Below, piece by piece: positions 25,601 to 40,155 of a DNA stretch of 64,000 nucleotides; position 1 is the first letter of the stretch; every line of letters begins with the position of its first letter. This DNA comes from Octopus vulgaris (lineage: Eukaryota). The notes under the pieces were generated by a model. That model was given only the letters and a program-made list of their open reading frames with translations, had not been told where the DNA came from and made no database searches. The stretch is from contig OX597818.1 of NCBI GenBank assembly GCA_951406725.2, positions 94,860,001 through 94,924,000 on the forward strand, read 5' to 3'. The translations under genes and the position numbers were made by a program.

Positions 25601-27150
25601 CCCCCTATCTTCAGTAAAACATTAAACATGTTACTTTTCCTGAAGTCCTAAAGATTACAGATTAAACTTAAGTCAACTATTATGTTCTCTCCACATATAG
25701 ACAGTTTACTGTTCTATATGTTTAATTTTCTTTTTAACTTTTTCTTTCTCTCTCATTCCCTTTCTCTTTTGCTTTCTATTTTTAACTACTTTTTTAAATC
25801 TTTTTTTCTCTTTGAAAGTTTGGGACATTAATTATAAATTAACTGTTCTTTAGAAAGATTTTTATCCAACTGGAATTTGCATTCTTTATTTATTATTCTT
25901 TTTCCTAACATTATTCTGTCATATCAATCATTCTTCTATCTTATTTGTTTTATTATTCTATGCAGATAGGTTAAATTAAGAGGTGCTATAACTGTAATGC
26001 CAGGGTACCTATACATCAAACAGTGAGTGTCTGTCAAAGGTTATGACTTGCACTATAGGATTAATGCAACCCTAACTGTTGTGTTGCTACAGCTGACAGT
26101 CTTACTAATTGTCAGTCTACCAGGGTACCAAGGGTTTTGTTGTGACAATGTCCTTGTATTACCCTGGTTTACCATAGGAATAGGGCTACTTTAGCAAAAT
26201 GATGTTGAGAATAGAACAAATTGTTGATGATGTTAACATGCTATTAGTTACCATCCAATTAACAATTAATTACACTCTCTGGGTACATCACAGACTTCAA
26301 TACAGGGAAGTCAGAAATAATTTGAAACTTATGCACTATTCTTCTAGTATAAGGTTAGGAAAGTTGTATGCAGGACTCATGGAGAGTGTAGATTGTTCTT
26401 CAAGTTAAAGGTAGCAAATTAAGTTGTTTTATAAAATAGATCAGATATAAGAATACAGGTTTAATTTTTTTTTTAATTACAAGAGTAGCTGTATAAGAAT
26501 GAGATTTAGGACTGAGGTATTTATATTTCGTCAACCTGGATAAGGTTAAAGTCAGAGGATCAAGTTATTGTTTTCTCAAGCTTAAGGAAACTGCTCAAGC
26601 GTGTGTATGTTATGTTAGCATGCGTCAAGTTAAGGATTAAAAGACTGAGCTTTATATGTTTTCTCAGATTAATTGTTCATTTAGCATGTCTTTCACCAGA
26701 CTTTTCCTTGTCTGCCATTCAGCATGACTTTTTTACAGATTGCTCTGACATTTTTTGACATTTCTTATTAGCATGACGCTCTACAACAACCATTACTTTT
26801 TTTTTCCCAAACATTTTTCCCAAACATTTTCTGATTTCTTAGAGTCTTCGCATGGCAACTTATTTCTTTTCTTTTTTTTTTATGTTTGAAATCTGCAGTA
26901 AAAGAAAACTTTTCTATAAAAAATAACTATAAATTTATCACCCCTTCATCAATTGTCCTTATGCTAGCAATGACTGCCTATGATTGGGTGTAGGGAAGGA
27001 TATGTGCCTCTGATACTGGTGTTCTCTTTCTACTAGATTTTCAGCTTATTACCTTTCATTGGTCTTCTCTGCAGGCTTTCTCTTTTTTCCTTCTTTCATG
27101 TTTTCACTCCTTCTCTGTCTCCACACACATCTTAGCAGGAATTTCAATCA

Positions 27151-27451
27151 TGTTTCGTGGTCTGCTACCACAACAGCTCCTTTATAGGATCCAGTTAGCT
27201 CAAGACATCATCAGGAGGAACCACGTCTTGTTTCGGCCCCTACTCCTCTACCGTTTTGACATGGTGGGGCCCCCCCCTTTCGGAGGTGTCTTCAGCTCTG
27301 GTGTTGGGTGCATGTCTTCTTTCTTCTTCTTTCTTCTGTTCCCTGGCCTCTTCGATGTAGCATCAACGACTGACTGACTTGTCAAATTTTTTCCCTTTAA
27401 ATACCTGCTGGTAGGCTCTAGCAGGCAGCCCCAGCAAGTTGTCACGTGACA
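27151..27451 (-). mobile_element. Possible solo LTR (301 bp)
   Basis: GC-richer island. The minus strand begins TGTCACGTG and ends CACGAAACA (TG...CA with an imperfect terminal IR), with TATTTAAA followed about 29 nt later by TCAGT. No TSD is visible. Confidence 0.42.
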
Positions 27452-30400
27452 CTGTCTCAACTTTAACTGATCAATGAAGGCGCGTAGTCTTATTGGGCTG
27501 TGGCTATGCTGGGGCACCGCCTTGAAGAGTTTAGTCAATCAAATTGACTCCAGTACTTAATGTTAAGTTTAGTACTTTTTCTATCAGTCTATTTTGCCAG
27601 ACTGCTAGGTTATGGGGACATAACAAACTACAACTAGTTGTCACGTAGTGGTGGAAGACAAACAAGAAGACACATACACATGGTGGGTTTCTTTCAGTTT
27701 GTACTCCCTAATTCATTCATAAAGCTTATAACATCATTTGCACCAGTTTTAACAGATATGTATTTCAGCTCATCAACCAGCATAACTCATTAAATTATAA
27801 ATGCAAAGCAGTTGAGTATTCTGCAGATACACACAAGCATAATACAATAATAGTCTGACAGACTCAACATGACATGGAATGTGACAATGTCAGCCTTTTG
27901 AATTAAATGTACAGTCCATATGATGGGCCTCAGCATAGATTCTATCTACTCAATTTAAGTCACAAGGGTTGGGTCAGCCTGAGACAAAGGTAGAAGACAA
28001 TTGCTTAAGTTACATTTCATTGAGCTTGATCATGAGGCCTCATGATTGTGAAGCAATAGTGATAGAAAGCGGGGTTGTTACCCCTGCACAGTTACACACA
28101 CAGCCCTACTGATTGGAATCAATAAAAGGAATTATATTCGTTTTTATACTGGTTTCTGGCTTTGACCAGCAATCATGCAGAACATCAGTTGGGTTTTGAT
28201 TTATTGTATGATTTAAATTTTTTTTCAGAGTTGCCTCTTTTTAACAATATAATGCTATACAGCATGCACACGTGCACACACACACACACACACACACACA
28301 CTCGCACACGTACACACTCCTCCATGTTCTTGTATAGGTCTTGTCTAACAAATTTCACTAGTAAGGCTTTAGTCAACTCGAGTAATGGCAGTAGAAGATA
28401 CTTGCCCAAGATGTCATGCATTATGCTGACTATCCACGTACACACAAACACACAAAACATCTTCTTTTGAGGCAGTGTTTTACAACTACTTGCCCTTTCT
28501 AATGTCAATCTTTTTAGCCACCTCTTACAATACACAGGAAAATAGTGTACCTATTTTAAGAACTGTAATATACACAAACATTGGTACCCTGCCTCTTTTC
28601 TCCCTCTCTCTCTCCCCCTCTCTCTCTCTCGTATATATATATATATATACCTCTCTCCTATTATTCTCCTATTATATATATATATATATATATACCTCTC
28701 TCCTATTCTTCTATTATTCAAATTCATTCATATATATATACATATATATATAAGTTCATTATCATTTTTACATTTCCTAAAATATATTTTTGTGCCTTCA
28801 AGATTATTATCATCATCATCATCATTTTCAACAAGTTGTCATAATCTGGATCAGTTATTATTCAGAGTTATTGCTCTCTTAGATGAGCTGCAGAACCATG
28901 TCACACTTGTACAATTCATTTGGGGCTTCGTTTCTACAGCTTGATACCATTCCTATTGCCAGTCTCTCTATGGAGATTAAAAGATCTTAGCAACATCCAG
29001 TCAGCCACCAATCACTTTCCAGTATGTACTAGGTGTATTTTATTAAGCTACCAGCACTAGTGAGGTTGCTTTGTAACACTTAAAGGTAGTGTTCTTACTA
29101 TCTTATGATGTGTATGTATGTATGCAGTCCCAGAAGGTAAGTAGAAGAGAGTGATGACAAAAGAATAAACAAGAAGAGTGGGTAACACTGGCAAAGGTGC
29201 ATGGACTCAGTAACACATACACTCATTTTCTCTGGTCAACCAAATCTCAGTAATTCCTTCTATTTTACATTATCAACACTACATCATTTAATACTCCATG
29301 ACTAACCTTTCTCATATTATTTATGGTCATTTAGAAATGTTACTTAGTTTAGCTCTATTATTATTGTATTTTCTAAACCTTTGTGCTCCAGTATACCTTT
29401 AGTTATGTTAGCTTACACGGCTAAAATAATGGAATGAACCAACAAAATTAAAGGTCTCTGTTGTCCACTTATGAGAAGCTGTTGGAATACTCTGGGCAAG
29501 GAAAGGAAGTTAGGAACATGATATTTTTTTAAGTGGGCAATTGATGCACACCTATTATTCACCTCTCTTATAACACATCCCTCTTATCTCTCACTTGTTT
29601 ATTGCCCATTCCACTGTCATTCGTATCTTTGTGGCTTTTGCCTTTACCACCCATGACTCTAGCACACAGACTCCTGTTACTCACCTCTTGATCGCTCCCT
29701 CCCTTTCTCACCCTTACTGTATCCTGCCGATGTGGCTAAGTAGAGCAGTAGATCTCTTTGGCTCTTTGGCATGTTACTTCCAGTATACCAAGGGATGCCA
29801 ATGGACGTACCTGACTTTCAGATACTCTCCACTCCTCCCCTTTTCATCCTCAGGACCACCATCTTCAGTTATATACTGAATGGACATGTAGCTCATACAC
29901 TTTACCAAAACTCCCCACTGGCCATTTAGTGTCAGCATCCATCATAAATCTCACCATTTATCCACTTCTTGTTGGCCATTACTCTCTCAACCCTATTCTC
30001 TCTAGTGTTGGTACTTAACACTTTACTAAGTGTAAAATTGTGAAGAACCTTTAGTCATCTCAAATATATAACGCCTTCTTCAGTGCTTGTATCAAGAAAA
30101 ATGTGCACCCAGTACTCACTATAAAGTGGTTGGTGTTAGGAAGGACATTCAGCTGTACAAAACCAAGGATAAAATTAAGCTTATGAATGAGATTTGGTTT
30201 CCTAATCTATCTATTAGAGTGGAGATAACACATACAACCCATGCCAGCATAAAAAGTTTATATAAAGCAATGATGAAGATGATGATGATATATGTATTGT
30301 GTGTATCTGTGTATGTATATATATATATGTGTATGTGCACACACATATATATATATGTGTGTATGTTTGTGTGCTTATATATATATAATATATTCTATTA

Positions 30401-30499
30401 TTTATATGTTAAATATAGTACATAGTTTGTTGCACATATACATGTATATCATATGCAATGTATATATATTTGTTAAATATACTTCATAATGTTACATAA

Positions 30500-30732
30500 G
30501 TGTATATGTAAGTGTATATTTTTATATTTATTTATATACATATATATATTTATATATATGTATATATTTATATATATATATATTTATATATATATATATC
30601 TATTTACATGCATATATATTTATATATATATATTATATATATTTATATATATATATATATTATATATATATGTATTATATATATTATATATATATGTATT
30701 ATATATTATATATATATATATAATATATATAA

Positions 30733-30770
<38 letters not shown>

Positions 30771-31060
30771 CGAGGGGTGTATAAAAACCCTTCAGCCTCA
30801 AAAAATAAAACCTGGTACAAGACTTCAAGGCTCAAAACTTTTCATATTCCTCTCATATATATATATATATATATATATTTATCAATATATATTATATATA
30901 TATATATATAATTTATATTATATATATCAATATATATTATATACATATATATATATATATATATATAATATATATTATATATATATAATATATTATATAC
31001 ATATATAATATATGTTATATACATATATTTATATCAATATATATATATATATATATATAT
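30500..31060. repeat. Degenerate (TA)n low-complexity tract hosting the 85-bp MITE
   Basis: Seen directly. Confidence 0.93.
30771..30855. mobile_element. Tiny (85 bp) mariner-type MITE inside a TA microsatellite
   Basis: Imperfect ~28-nt TIRs CGAGGGGTGTATAAAAACCCTTCAGCCT / AGGCTCAAAACTTTTCATATTCCTCTCA with TA on both sides. The terminus resembles that of the 53766 mariner. Confidence 0.6.
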
Positions 31061-31243
31061 TATCATAAGTCATAATCATAATGGAAAACTAATTTTTCTG
31101 TTCTCTGCTATGAAATATTGAGGAATATGCCAAAGCTATAGATTTATTGTGCAAATAGTTGGATAATGTGAGAAAAACAAAAATTATCGTGAAAGGTGAA
31201 TGGCTTCCACCAGTGCACTTCATATTTATTATCTAATATTCAC

Positions 31244-31277
<34 letters not shown>

Positions 31278-32478
31278 AATATCCATTTTCTTTCTAGTAT
31301 TCTCTAATAACTTCCTTCTTCTCCTATTATTCAAATTCATTCATCCTATCTTCTCCCTACTTCCTTCTGTCTATATTCAACTTGTTATTTACATTGAACT
31401 TAGTCTTTCATATTCTTTGCGCACTCGTCTCTAATAAATACTATGGTTTTGTGATGAGAAATTGTATGTATAAATTCATTCAAAATTTATTTACTGAAAC
31501 TGATTTTCTTTGTAATAATTCTGTTCATGCTGTATTATTATATAATCTGGCTATGATTTTTTTCCAAATTTAGACTAAGATTAAATTAGTTTGAAGCTAA
31601 GAAACAAACCTGTTATTATCCACAGACAAGACTTGCAAATAAATAACTAGATTTATCTACTTTATATTTACTTTGAGTATTTGCTTTTAAGTATTTATAT
31701 CAAAAAGTATATAGTATTTGATACAGAGATGTAATGTATTTATATTTATAGAGCAATGCAACTTAATGAATCATGTGGTCTAATATTCATTTCATTGCCT
31801 CAGTTTTTAGGCCATGTTTATCTTCTCATGATATGAAAAGCATGATAAATGTTTTTTAAAAGATACTTTTGTCTAACTTCTATTTCTTCTAAATTATGTT
31901 ATGAAAGTCCAGAAGAAAATAGAAATTGCTTGACATTAAAGAGAGGAAAAACAAAAAATTTGGAATAAATGAGATTAATGTTTGTCAATCAGAAATAGAA
32001 ATAATAGAGGCAAAGATGTAGGAAGAATTTATTTAAAAATAAAGTAGGCGAATAGGTAGAATGATGGGAGAGGAAAGGGCAATGAAAATCAGAAGGGAGG
32101 CTATGTCAGGTATATATATGTAGTTGTATTTGAATGTTTTCCAATTGTCGAAGAGGTGCTTTTCAAAGTGTTTACATTTCTGAACATCTCTGATTTAGCA
32201 TTTAAATAGTGATCTTATTTATGAAGGTGCTTGAGGAGATTCTTCTTTGCTGTGGATAGTTCATACCCTTTTCTTCCAGAATTTGTGGATGTAGTTGGCT
32301 CTAAGATATTGATGTTATTACTCTGTTGACAAGGCAATTTATGAAGTAATGTTAGAAAAAGAAAAGATGGAAATATTCACACCTTATCAAATTGGAAGTG
32401 AAAATTATGTGCACAAACAATACATTTATTCTCCTGGCCCTACTCTTTCTCTGTATGTATGTGTGTGTGTATATATAT

Positions 32479-32547
<69 letters not shown>

Positions 32548-34361
32548 GTGTGTATTATTATTACTATTATTATTATTATTCAAAACAGTTTGGTTCCGCC
32601 CCATGCAACTTAAAGTTTCATAGACTCATCACAGCACTTCCTTTTTTGGGGGTGGGTGGGGTGTGTACTCTGGGTCGCATATATAAATTTGTTCCTTTCA
32701 TGACCTCAGAGTAAAGGTCTCTACTGGCAAGGATCTCCTTATTGGAGGAAACACTGGAGCCCTGTGAAACTTTTTCATGAAGTTTTAAATACTAAGGCCA
32801 CATGGCATAAAGCTGTGTTAATGTAAGTCACCTTTTCATTCATCCCATAGAATGACTTATAAAAACTAATACCTAGATGTCTAAAAGTTAACTATTAACA
32901 AGTTTGTATCCATGGTAATCTTGAGGCCAAGGGAATCAAGGGTATGGATCAAATTTATTCTAAGTTTATCTAGTGTATTCTTGTTTCTGCCTCAAAATGT
33001 GGCCAATGCATCATCTTCATAGAGGCCAAAAGTAGTCGAAGGGATTTTCTGCCTAGGATATCAAGAATATGTAGGCTTATAAGATCACATATCTCTGCAT
33101 GGGTTATGAATAAATATGCATAAACATATTTTTAATCTTGCTGGGAATTTAGGCCCTGTGTTAAAGCCATGGCATTTTCAGCTGCTTGGAATAAGTATCA
33201 GATGAATTGGTTTTATTTTTCCTTAAAAACTTAATCAGGGATCACTTATTTCTGTTATCCAAACAAGGATATGACCCTGTATAAATTTGTTCATAACCCA
33301 CTCTAGTTATTAATATTCAATCAATATCCTACATTTGTCTTGTGTCTTACTTATCACAGTTCTGTGTGAGCATATATGTCTTTATATGTTACTTGCTATC
33401 AGGAATGCTGTTCATCATGCCCATGACAATTTATTAAAATATATATATATCTTGGTATGTATGTATACTTCAACCCCCTACCTGCCAATTCTTATGATGT
33501 CTGTAAAATACAAATTTCATTTGACATTGATATCAACTAATGAATTAAGGTATATTGATCTTTATCATTTAAGTCTTTGCTGGATATTGTTATTATAACC
33601 TTTTATAACCATTTTTTTTTTATTGCAGTTCAGATATGAATTTAACTGTTTTCCTTTTTCCTCTTTTGTTTCTCTTAAAGCCTTTTCTAAGTTTGCCTTA
33701 TGAAAATTGTCAATGAATTTACCAGAAAATATCAAATTACATTCTTGTATTATTTTCTATTTTACAATATTTTTGTTTTATCGTCATGTATGTTTCTTTT
33801 AATTCCTTACTATCCACATTTCAATGATTTTAGTCAATAATTCTGACCACATTGTCATAGTTTCTCTATCAATAATTTCCTTCACATAGTATTGTTTAAA
33901 AATATGCTAAAATTTATATCTATTCCCCCTTTCAAAATTGCCTGTCATATCATTCTTTTGCTCTTTTTCATTGTTGCATTTTGATTTATATTATTTTATT
34001 CTTTATCTTTATTTATTTATTGGCTTTCTATTGTGTTTTTCTTTGAAACCGTTATTAATAAGAAAGTATAAAATAGCAACCTAGCTTTATATTATTTTAA
34101 TTCCAAAATGTAAAAAAAAATATATGTTTTCTTACTAGTGAGAGCATAAACTCCATCAAAGATATGTGTCTTTATATCTTAAATTCATCAAACATAGTAC
34201 ATATGTTCTTATACTTAAAGGTTATATATTAAGTTTCCACATTGATTGAAATTACCATTTTATGTATTTTATACATTATAATCATCATTAACTGTGTTCA
34301 ACTTCTTGTTTATTCCTCTCTTGTTGTTTCATCCGAGTTTCTATCTAACTTTTCATCGCAG

Positions 34362-34437
34362 GTCGCAAACAAGAAATTATTAAGTTGACTGAACAACTTA
34401 TTGCTGCCATCACAAGTAGTGATTTTGAAGGATACAC
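34362..34437 (+). CDS. CaMKII: CaMKII association (hub) domain exon A, 76 nt, phase 1 to 2: (x)RKQEIIKLTEQLIAAITSSDFEGY(T)
   Basis: Acceptor ttttcatcgcag| and donor |gtacgt. The translation matches the canonical start of the CaMKII hub (RKQEIIKxTEQLIxAIxxxDFExYT) and joins in frame to 36229. Confidence 0.97.
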
Positions 34438-35194
34438 GTACGTATTATCTTTATGCTCTTTGTTCAATTACAATTCTATATTTCATTTATGTTTTTGTTT
34501 ATTGTGGTCATAGGGCAGAAGAGTGTACTAGGAGTTTCTTTTTGATGATTTGATGACAATTTGTACAAGAAGGGCACCTGTACATTTAATCAGAAATACA
34601 CTAGTTGGAATGCTAGGTAGATTGGTAAAAGGTAAAATTGGTTGAGTAAATTAGCATCACTGGTAATAAGTCATCACAGAAACAGAATGTGATCGTTATT
34701 ATATATCTTGCATGTGTATCACATTTATATACTTCACTGACTCATTCAGTCTGTATACAACCACCAAAATGTTTATGTGCATGTGGGTGTGTGTTTACAA
34801 GGTGTTCGGTCTAAATTTGACAGTTTACATAAAAAGAAAAGAAAATGCAATATCCCATCCAAAAATAAATGGATTTTCAAAAAATCAAAAAATGTCAATT
34901 ATGTAATGGCTGGGAGATTATAGGTTACTCAAAGTAGCAGCCCTTAGCTTCCATCATGGCCTCAAGACAGCTCCAGAACCTGGCTCAATATGGAAAGCAG
35001 CTCATTCATTGGGAATTGTTGCCAAGACACTAAATTATATATGGCAGAGTGAGGTACAGGCTGGTCATTCAAATAGTAAATCAAGTGATATAGGCAAAAA
35101 CTGGTACTGTAGTATCATTGTAAATTGTTACGAATGTAAAGAAGGTGCATCAAAAAGAATGCACTATTAAGGCAGTAAATTGCTGAACTACCGG

Positions 35195-35340
35195 GTTATC
35201 AAAATTACAGAAAGGGTTATTGCAAAACTGATTAAGAACAGGATTATTTTGGATGAGATATAATTTTGCTTTGTCCTAGGAGGAGGTAGCACTGGTGCCA
35301 TATTCTTAATGACATAATTGTAAGACAAGTACTTAGCTAC
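35195..35340 (+). mobile_element. Small decayed RTE reverse-transcriptase fragment
   Basis: Translates LDEI*FCFVLGGGSTGAIFLMT*L*DKYLA, resembling the RT QFGF...ST.DAIF..RQLQEKY segment. Confidence 0.55.
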
Positions 35341-35416
35341 CACACACTTTGCAACCATCTCCCATAATGTTATCAAATTTCATGATGGTTCTTCTGTTGT
35401 GCCTAATTGGTGTAAA

Positions 35417-35418
<2 letters not shown>

Positions 35419-35483
<65 letters not shown>
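35419..35483. repeat. (CT)n microsatellite
   Basis: Seen directly. Confidence 0.95.
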
Positions 35484-35487
<4 letters not shown>

Positions 35488-36228
35488 CCCCTCTCATTAT
35501 CATTCCATATACACTTCTCTCATACAACATCTTGATTTTCACTGTACATTACTTATCAATGTGAAACACCTCATGCTTCTGATCCTCGCAGCACAGAATA
35601 TGTGCAAACTTCTCTATCTCTGCTTATATCCTTGCTAGGTTTACCTTCCCTTCTAGATTTTTGATATTTTTCTCTGCTATTTCCTTTCTTCTGATTTTTC
35701 CAAGCTTGTCTCTTTACTACAATAGCACCATCTACTGTCATGTTCCACCTCTGCATCACTTTGATTTCACCTGGGACCTTGGACCAGGCACAGATCTGGT
35801 CTGTAGTGCTCAGCAGATTGTCTCATTTTGCTCTCTATTATAAATTTCTATCTCCTTCCTACTGTTATAAACTACCATTTATGATATGTAGTACCACTTA
35901 AAATTCCTTCCCACCCACTTCTAACTTAATTTCTTTTTCCTTGTTTCTTGTTTTCTTCTCTTATGCACTCCAGTCTCTTTTGTTTATTTATAAAATGATT
36001 TCTCAACTACCTACATTTACTCATTTTTCTACATAAAATTTCATTACTGTTTACTTTAAATAATTATCTATTCCATTTTCCCCATACTTTTATCTTCCTT
36101 GATATTCTGAATTTATTCCCCCACCCTTCCACCTAACAGTCTAAATATGTGTCCAGTTTCCATTATGAACTTGTTGTGACTTTTTTTTTAACACAACATT
36201 TATCACACATTTTAATTTTATCTTTCAG

Positions 36229-36323
36229 AAGATTTGTTGACCCTCATGTCACAAGCTTTGAACCAGAAGCTTTGGGAAATCTGATAGTTGGAATGGATTT
36301 TCATAAATTCTATTTTGATCATG
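36229..36323 (+). CDS. CaMKII: CaMKII hub exon B, 95 nt, phase 2 to 1: (T)[31 protein letters not shown](V)
   Basis: Acceptor tatctttcag| and donor |gtaagt. Contains the diagnostic [26 protein letters not shown] motif, also visible inside ORF 36149..36433. Confidence 0.98.
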
Positions 36324-36855
36324 GTAAGTTGGTATCTGTTTTGTTTGTTTTTTTTTGTTTTTTTTGCTTTTTTTCCTATCTTACCTACCCCGTCCAAAGA
36401 CACACATATGCACACAAAGGTTTAACCCTGTAACAATCAGACTGCCAATTCTTACTATTCTCAAGCAGTGCTGTTTGTTCACACTATCCATACTTAGCCT
36501 TGTACATATATATATTACCTTATATGGTAACAGGAAAGCAAACCAGATCACACAGAAAGTCATGTCTGAGTTTCATCATTTACATTTGGATGCATCAGCA
36601 TAACTAATACCACTGTTATTACGATTCCTAAAGTATCCATTTAGTATATTTACCTTTCAGATCTCCTGTCTCTGTATAAAGTACAAACTCATATGCAATT
36701 ATTTTTGCCTCAGTTGCACCTACACTGTAACATATTTCACACAATAAACTGTCTATTAGGTGTCTAAAGGGAATTTTGTCCATAATTTCTTTGAATGAAG
36801 TCTCTATATATGTTGATGTCTTATTTTCTTTCTTAGTTACTCATCATTCTCTTGT

Positions 36856-36856
<1 letters not shown>

Positions 36857-36906
<50 letters not shown>
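36857..36906. repeat. (CA)n microsatellite
   Basis: Seen directly. Confidence 0.95.
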
Positions 36907-36909
<3 letters not shown>

Positions 36910-38584
36910 TTGGAGGAACAGGTGAGAGAAAGAGTACTAATTAAAGGTTGATATTCATGACAAGCTGATGATAAAAGAACTAGATGTATATCCCTATACA
37001 CAAAATATACCTAGATAAATATATATATATATAAATTTACAGATAGCTGTATTTGCACATGCACAATACATATAAAGATACACATATACATTTATACATG
37101 CAAATATGTATGTGTAAATGTATGTGTGTATGTGTGAATATACATGCACATAGGTAGATACATTCCTATATAAATACCTGCCTTCATATATGTCTGCACA
37201 TGAACATACCCTTACTAAGACATGCCTGTGAATATGCATGTACATATCTGTGTAAATGTATATGTGTGTGTGTATATGCACTCAGAATTTTTATGTGTAC
37301 ATATTTTGTCATACAAACTTACATATACTTGCTCATTTATGTGTGTTAAAGATTTGATATCCTATACAAGAATGGAGAGTGAGAAAATGGGATTGGAATT
37401 AATATAAGTATACTTAGCTTGAGTTGTTAAGGATTGAGAAAGTTAGTTAATTCTTCCCCAATAGGGAAGTATCGATGGAAATTTCACAGGTCTAAAATAT
37501 CTACGGGTTCTGAGGTTTTATGTAGACATCAACATGTTTATTTTATTTCAAGAGATGTAGTTACATAACTAACAATGTTTTTCTTTACTGGAGTAGGCTT
37601 TTGCAAAGGAATGAATTTTCCATTTTGTGTTAAAGAGTATATTACTATCTTTTAGAGTTGTAATTTGATAGAACAGTTTTCCTGTTAGTATTGCAGAATA
37701 AGTATGTATGTCTATAGTACGTTTCATTAAAGGTATTAGCAATTAAACCTATGTAGGACTTATTGGCTGAGTTGATCTCTGAAGTTGCCATACATGTTTG
37801 TGAGGTAGTATTTGTGGTTAAGAGCTGTAATTTATTAGAACCAGCTAGTATTTGTGTAAGAATTTAAAGAAAAGCTTGCTACAAAGGTAGATAATTGCAA
37901 GTTCCATTTTTTGGTGTGATTTAACTTTATAGTCTAAAGGTAATGGACTTTTTCATGGAATCCAATTTTCACAAGTATTTCATTATAAGGGCTAAACATT
38001 TTTTTTTTTTTTTTTCTTTAGAAGAAAGTGTAGGAAATGTGAATGAATAGTTCTCTAAATTCTTGATGATACTCTAAAGGGAGTTTGAGAATGTGTTCAT
38101 ATAAATGCATAAGTTTTTAAATAAGATTCATGAACATCTTTATGTGTGATATTTTTTAAGTTTAAATTTGCATCTCAGATAGTTGACTATTTTGAAATGT
38201 GCTTCACTGATGATGAGAAACCCAGATTCTTAACAAAATTCTGTATGTTCTTTTTGAATCTAGCCATAGATTGAGAATTGAAGTTGTAAAGTACAAGTAG
38301 TCCATGGTCTTTAAATACATCTCCATTTAGGAAAGGAAATGCATCTGACTGGCCTTGTGACTATATAGTCTGACTGTATTACTAACTTCTGTAGAAACTT
38401 TGTAACAATAAAAAATAAAAACTTTGAACAATAAAAAATCAGACTTTAACTCCAACTTCACAATCAGGACTACCACATAATGAGACTTATAACTGTTGCC
38501 TTTTTCAATTGGAAATACATACTTGTATTTCTGTGTATATAATTATGTGTGTGAGTATGTGTATACATTTGTCTGCACACAGAT

Positions 38585-38742
38585 AATATATATATATATA
38601 TACACACATACATATATATATGTATGTATATATATATATATATGTGTATATATATATATATGTGTGTGTGTGTGTATATATATATGTAATTATATGTATG
38701 CATATATGTATATATATATATGTGTATATATATGTATATGTG

Positions 38743-38773
<31 letters not shown>

Positions 38774-38937
38774 GTATATATATATATGTATATATATATA
38801 TGTGTATGATGATGATATATATGTATATATATATATGCATTTATATATGTATGTGTATATATATATGCACATATATATGTATGTGTATATATATATATGT
38901 GTGTGTATATATATATATGTGTATGTATGTGTATATA

Positions 38938-38980
<43 letters not shown>

Positions 38981-39070
38981 GAATATATATATCTATTTAT
39001 GTGTATGTATGTATATATATATATATATGAATATATATATATGCATGTTTATATATAAAGTGTGTGTATA
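38585..39070. repeat. Compound (TA)/(TG) microsatellite
   Basis: Seen directly. Confidence 0.95.
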
Positions 39071-39084
39071 AATGTGCATGTATA

Positions 39085-39460
39085 TTTGTGTCAGGTTTAA
39101 TCTTATTGTGTAGCACCTTGGGAAAGTGTCTCCCACTACATCCTGAGGCTGACCAAAGCCTTGTGTGTGAGTTTGGTAGATGGAAACTGAAAGAATCCTG
39201 TCATATATGCAGTGTGTGTACATTTGTGTTGTCTTGAATTGATGTCATATGATAATCATAAATAATTGTCACTATCATACACACAGCATCATTCATTTCC
39301 AATATTTTGTGAAAACATGGCCATCCATAAGAAAAAATTACTATGCTTGGACACCGGTAAAGGTTGGTGACATGAAGGGCATCCAGCTGTAGAAAATCTG
39401 CTGCACTAAACTACTGCCAACCCATGCAAGCATGGAAAGGTGGCTATTAAAACAATGATT
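39085..39460 (+). mobile_element. Family B-headed SINE with an RTE-like 3' tail
   Basis: gcaccttgggaaagtgtctc...gagtttggtagatggaaactgaaagaa head and core, then gaagggcatccagctgtagaaaatctg...cccatgcaagcatggaaa tail. Confidence 0.7.
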
Positions 39461-40105
39461 GTGTGTGTTTTTGTGTGTATAGGTATGAATATATGGACAT
39501 GTGCATTTAGCATTAAAATGGTGGAGTAGGGCGTATGCTTGTCATCCTCTAGTCTGTTAGGTAGGACAGTAAAGTGTCATACACAATAAGTGGTATAGTT
39601 GAATCATTGCCAAATATCCTAAAGATACAGGATATACAGTAGGTTGACGAAATTATAGAGATACCAAACCGTTGGACTAGGTTATGAAAGTTGTCATATC
39701 CCTGGTGTAAACCATGGCTTGTATGTTGTATTCTTGGTTTTTGAATACCAAACATGGGCATGTGATTTCTTCTGGTGCTGTGTGTAAAAGAAAATGTATG
39801 GAGGTTATGACTGGTTTTAAAGGTGTTAGGAGTGAATTTCATTTAATTCCTGGCATAGCTGAAAGTGATGATATACATGTGTGTGCATGTAAACATACAC
39901 ACACACATTCACATGCCTATATATTAGTTATGGTATATGTATATAGGTGTATATATATATATATATATATAATATAATATAGGTATCTGTATAAATACAT
40001 ATAAATATGTGTATGTGCATATATGTGTGTATATATATGAGTACGTGTGCATGTGTGTACAACTGAAACAGCATTAGATTAAATTGATGATGTGCATAAC
40101 ATTTT

Positions 40106-40155
<50 letters not shown>

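Noticed and set aside
27248-27538. 96-aa minus-strand ORF with a basic NLS-like stretch (KRPGNRRKKKK)
   Set aside because: It starts inside a SINE fragment, runs through the LTR-like island, and has no recognisable domain.
1-34361. Search for CaMKII kinase and regulatory exons and the conserved acidic linker exon (ESTDS..TIEDED-type)
   Set aside because: None was recognised by eye. They probably lie upstream of the window, although a short exon could have been missed.
36324-36433. In-frame read-through after hub exon B giving a hydrophobic tail ([15 protein letters not shown]), suggesting a membrane-anchored isoform
   Set aside because: The donor GTAAGT is perfect consensus and the hydrophobicity is just T-rich intron sequence. 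There is no independent support for intron retention.
38208-38225. CTGATGA-TGA-GAAAC
   Set aside because: There is no room for stem II and no stem I or III pairing, so this is a chance match.
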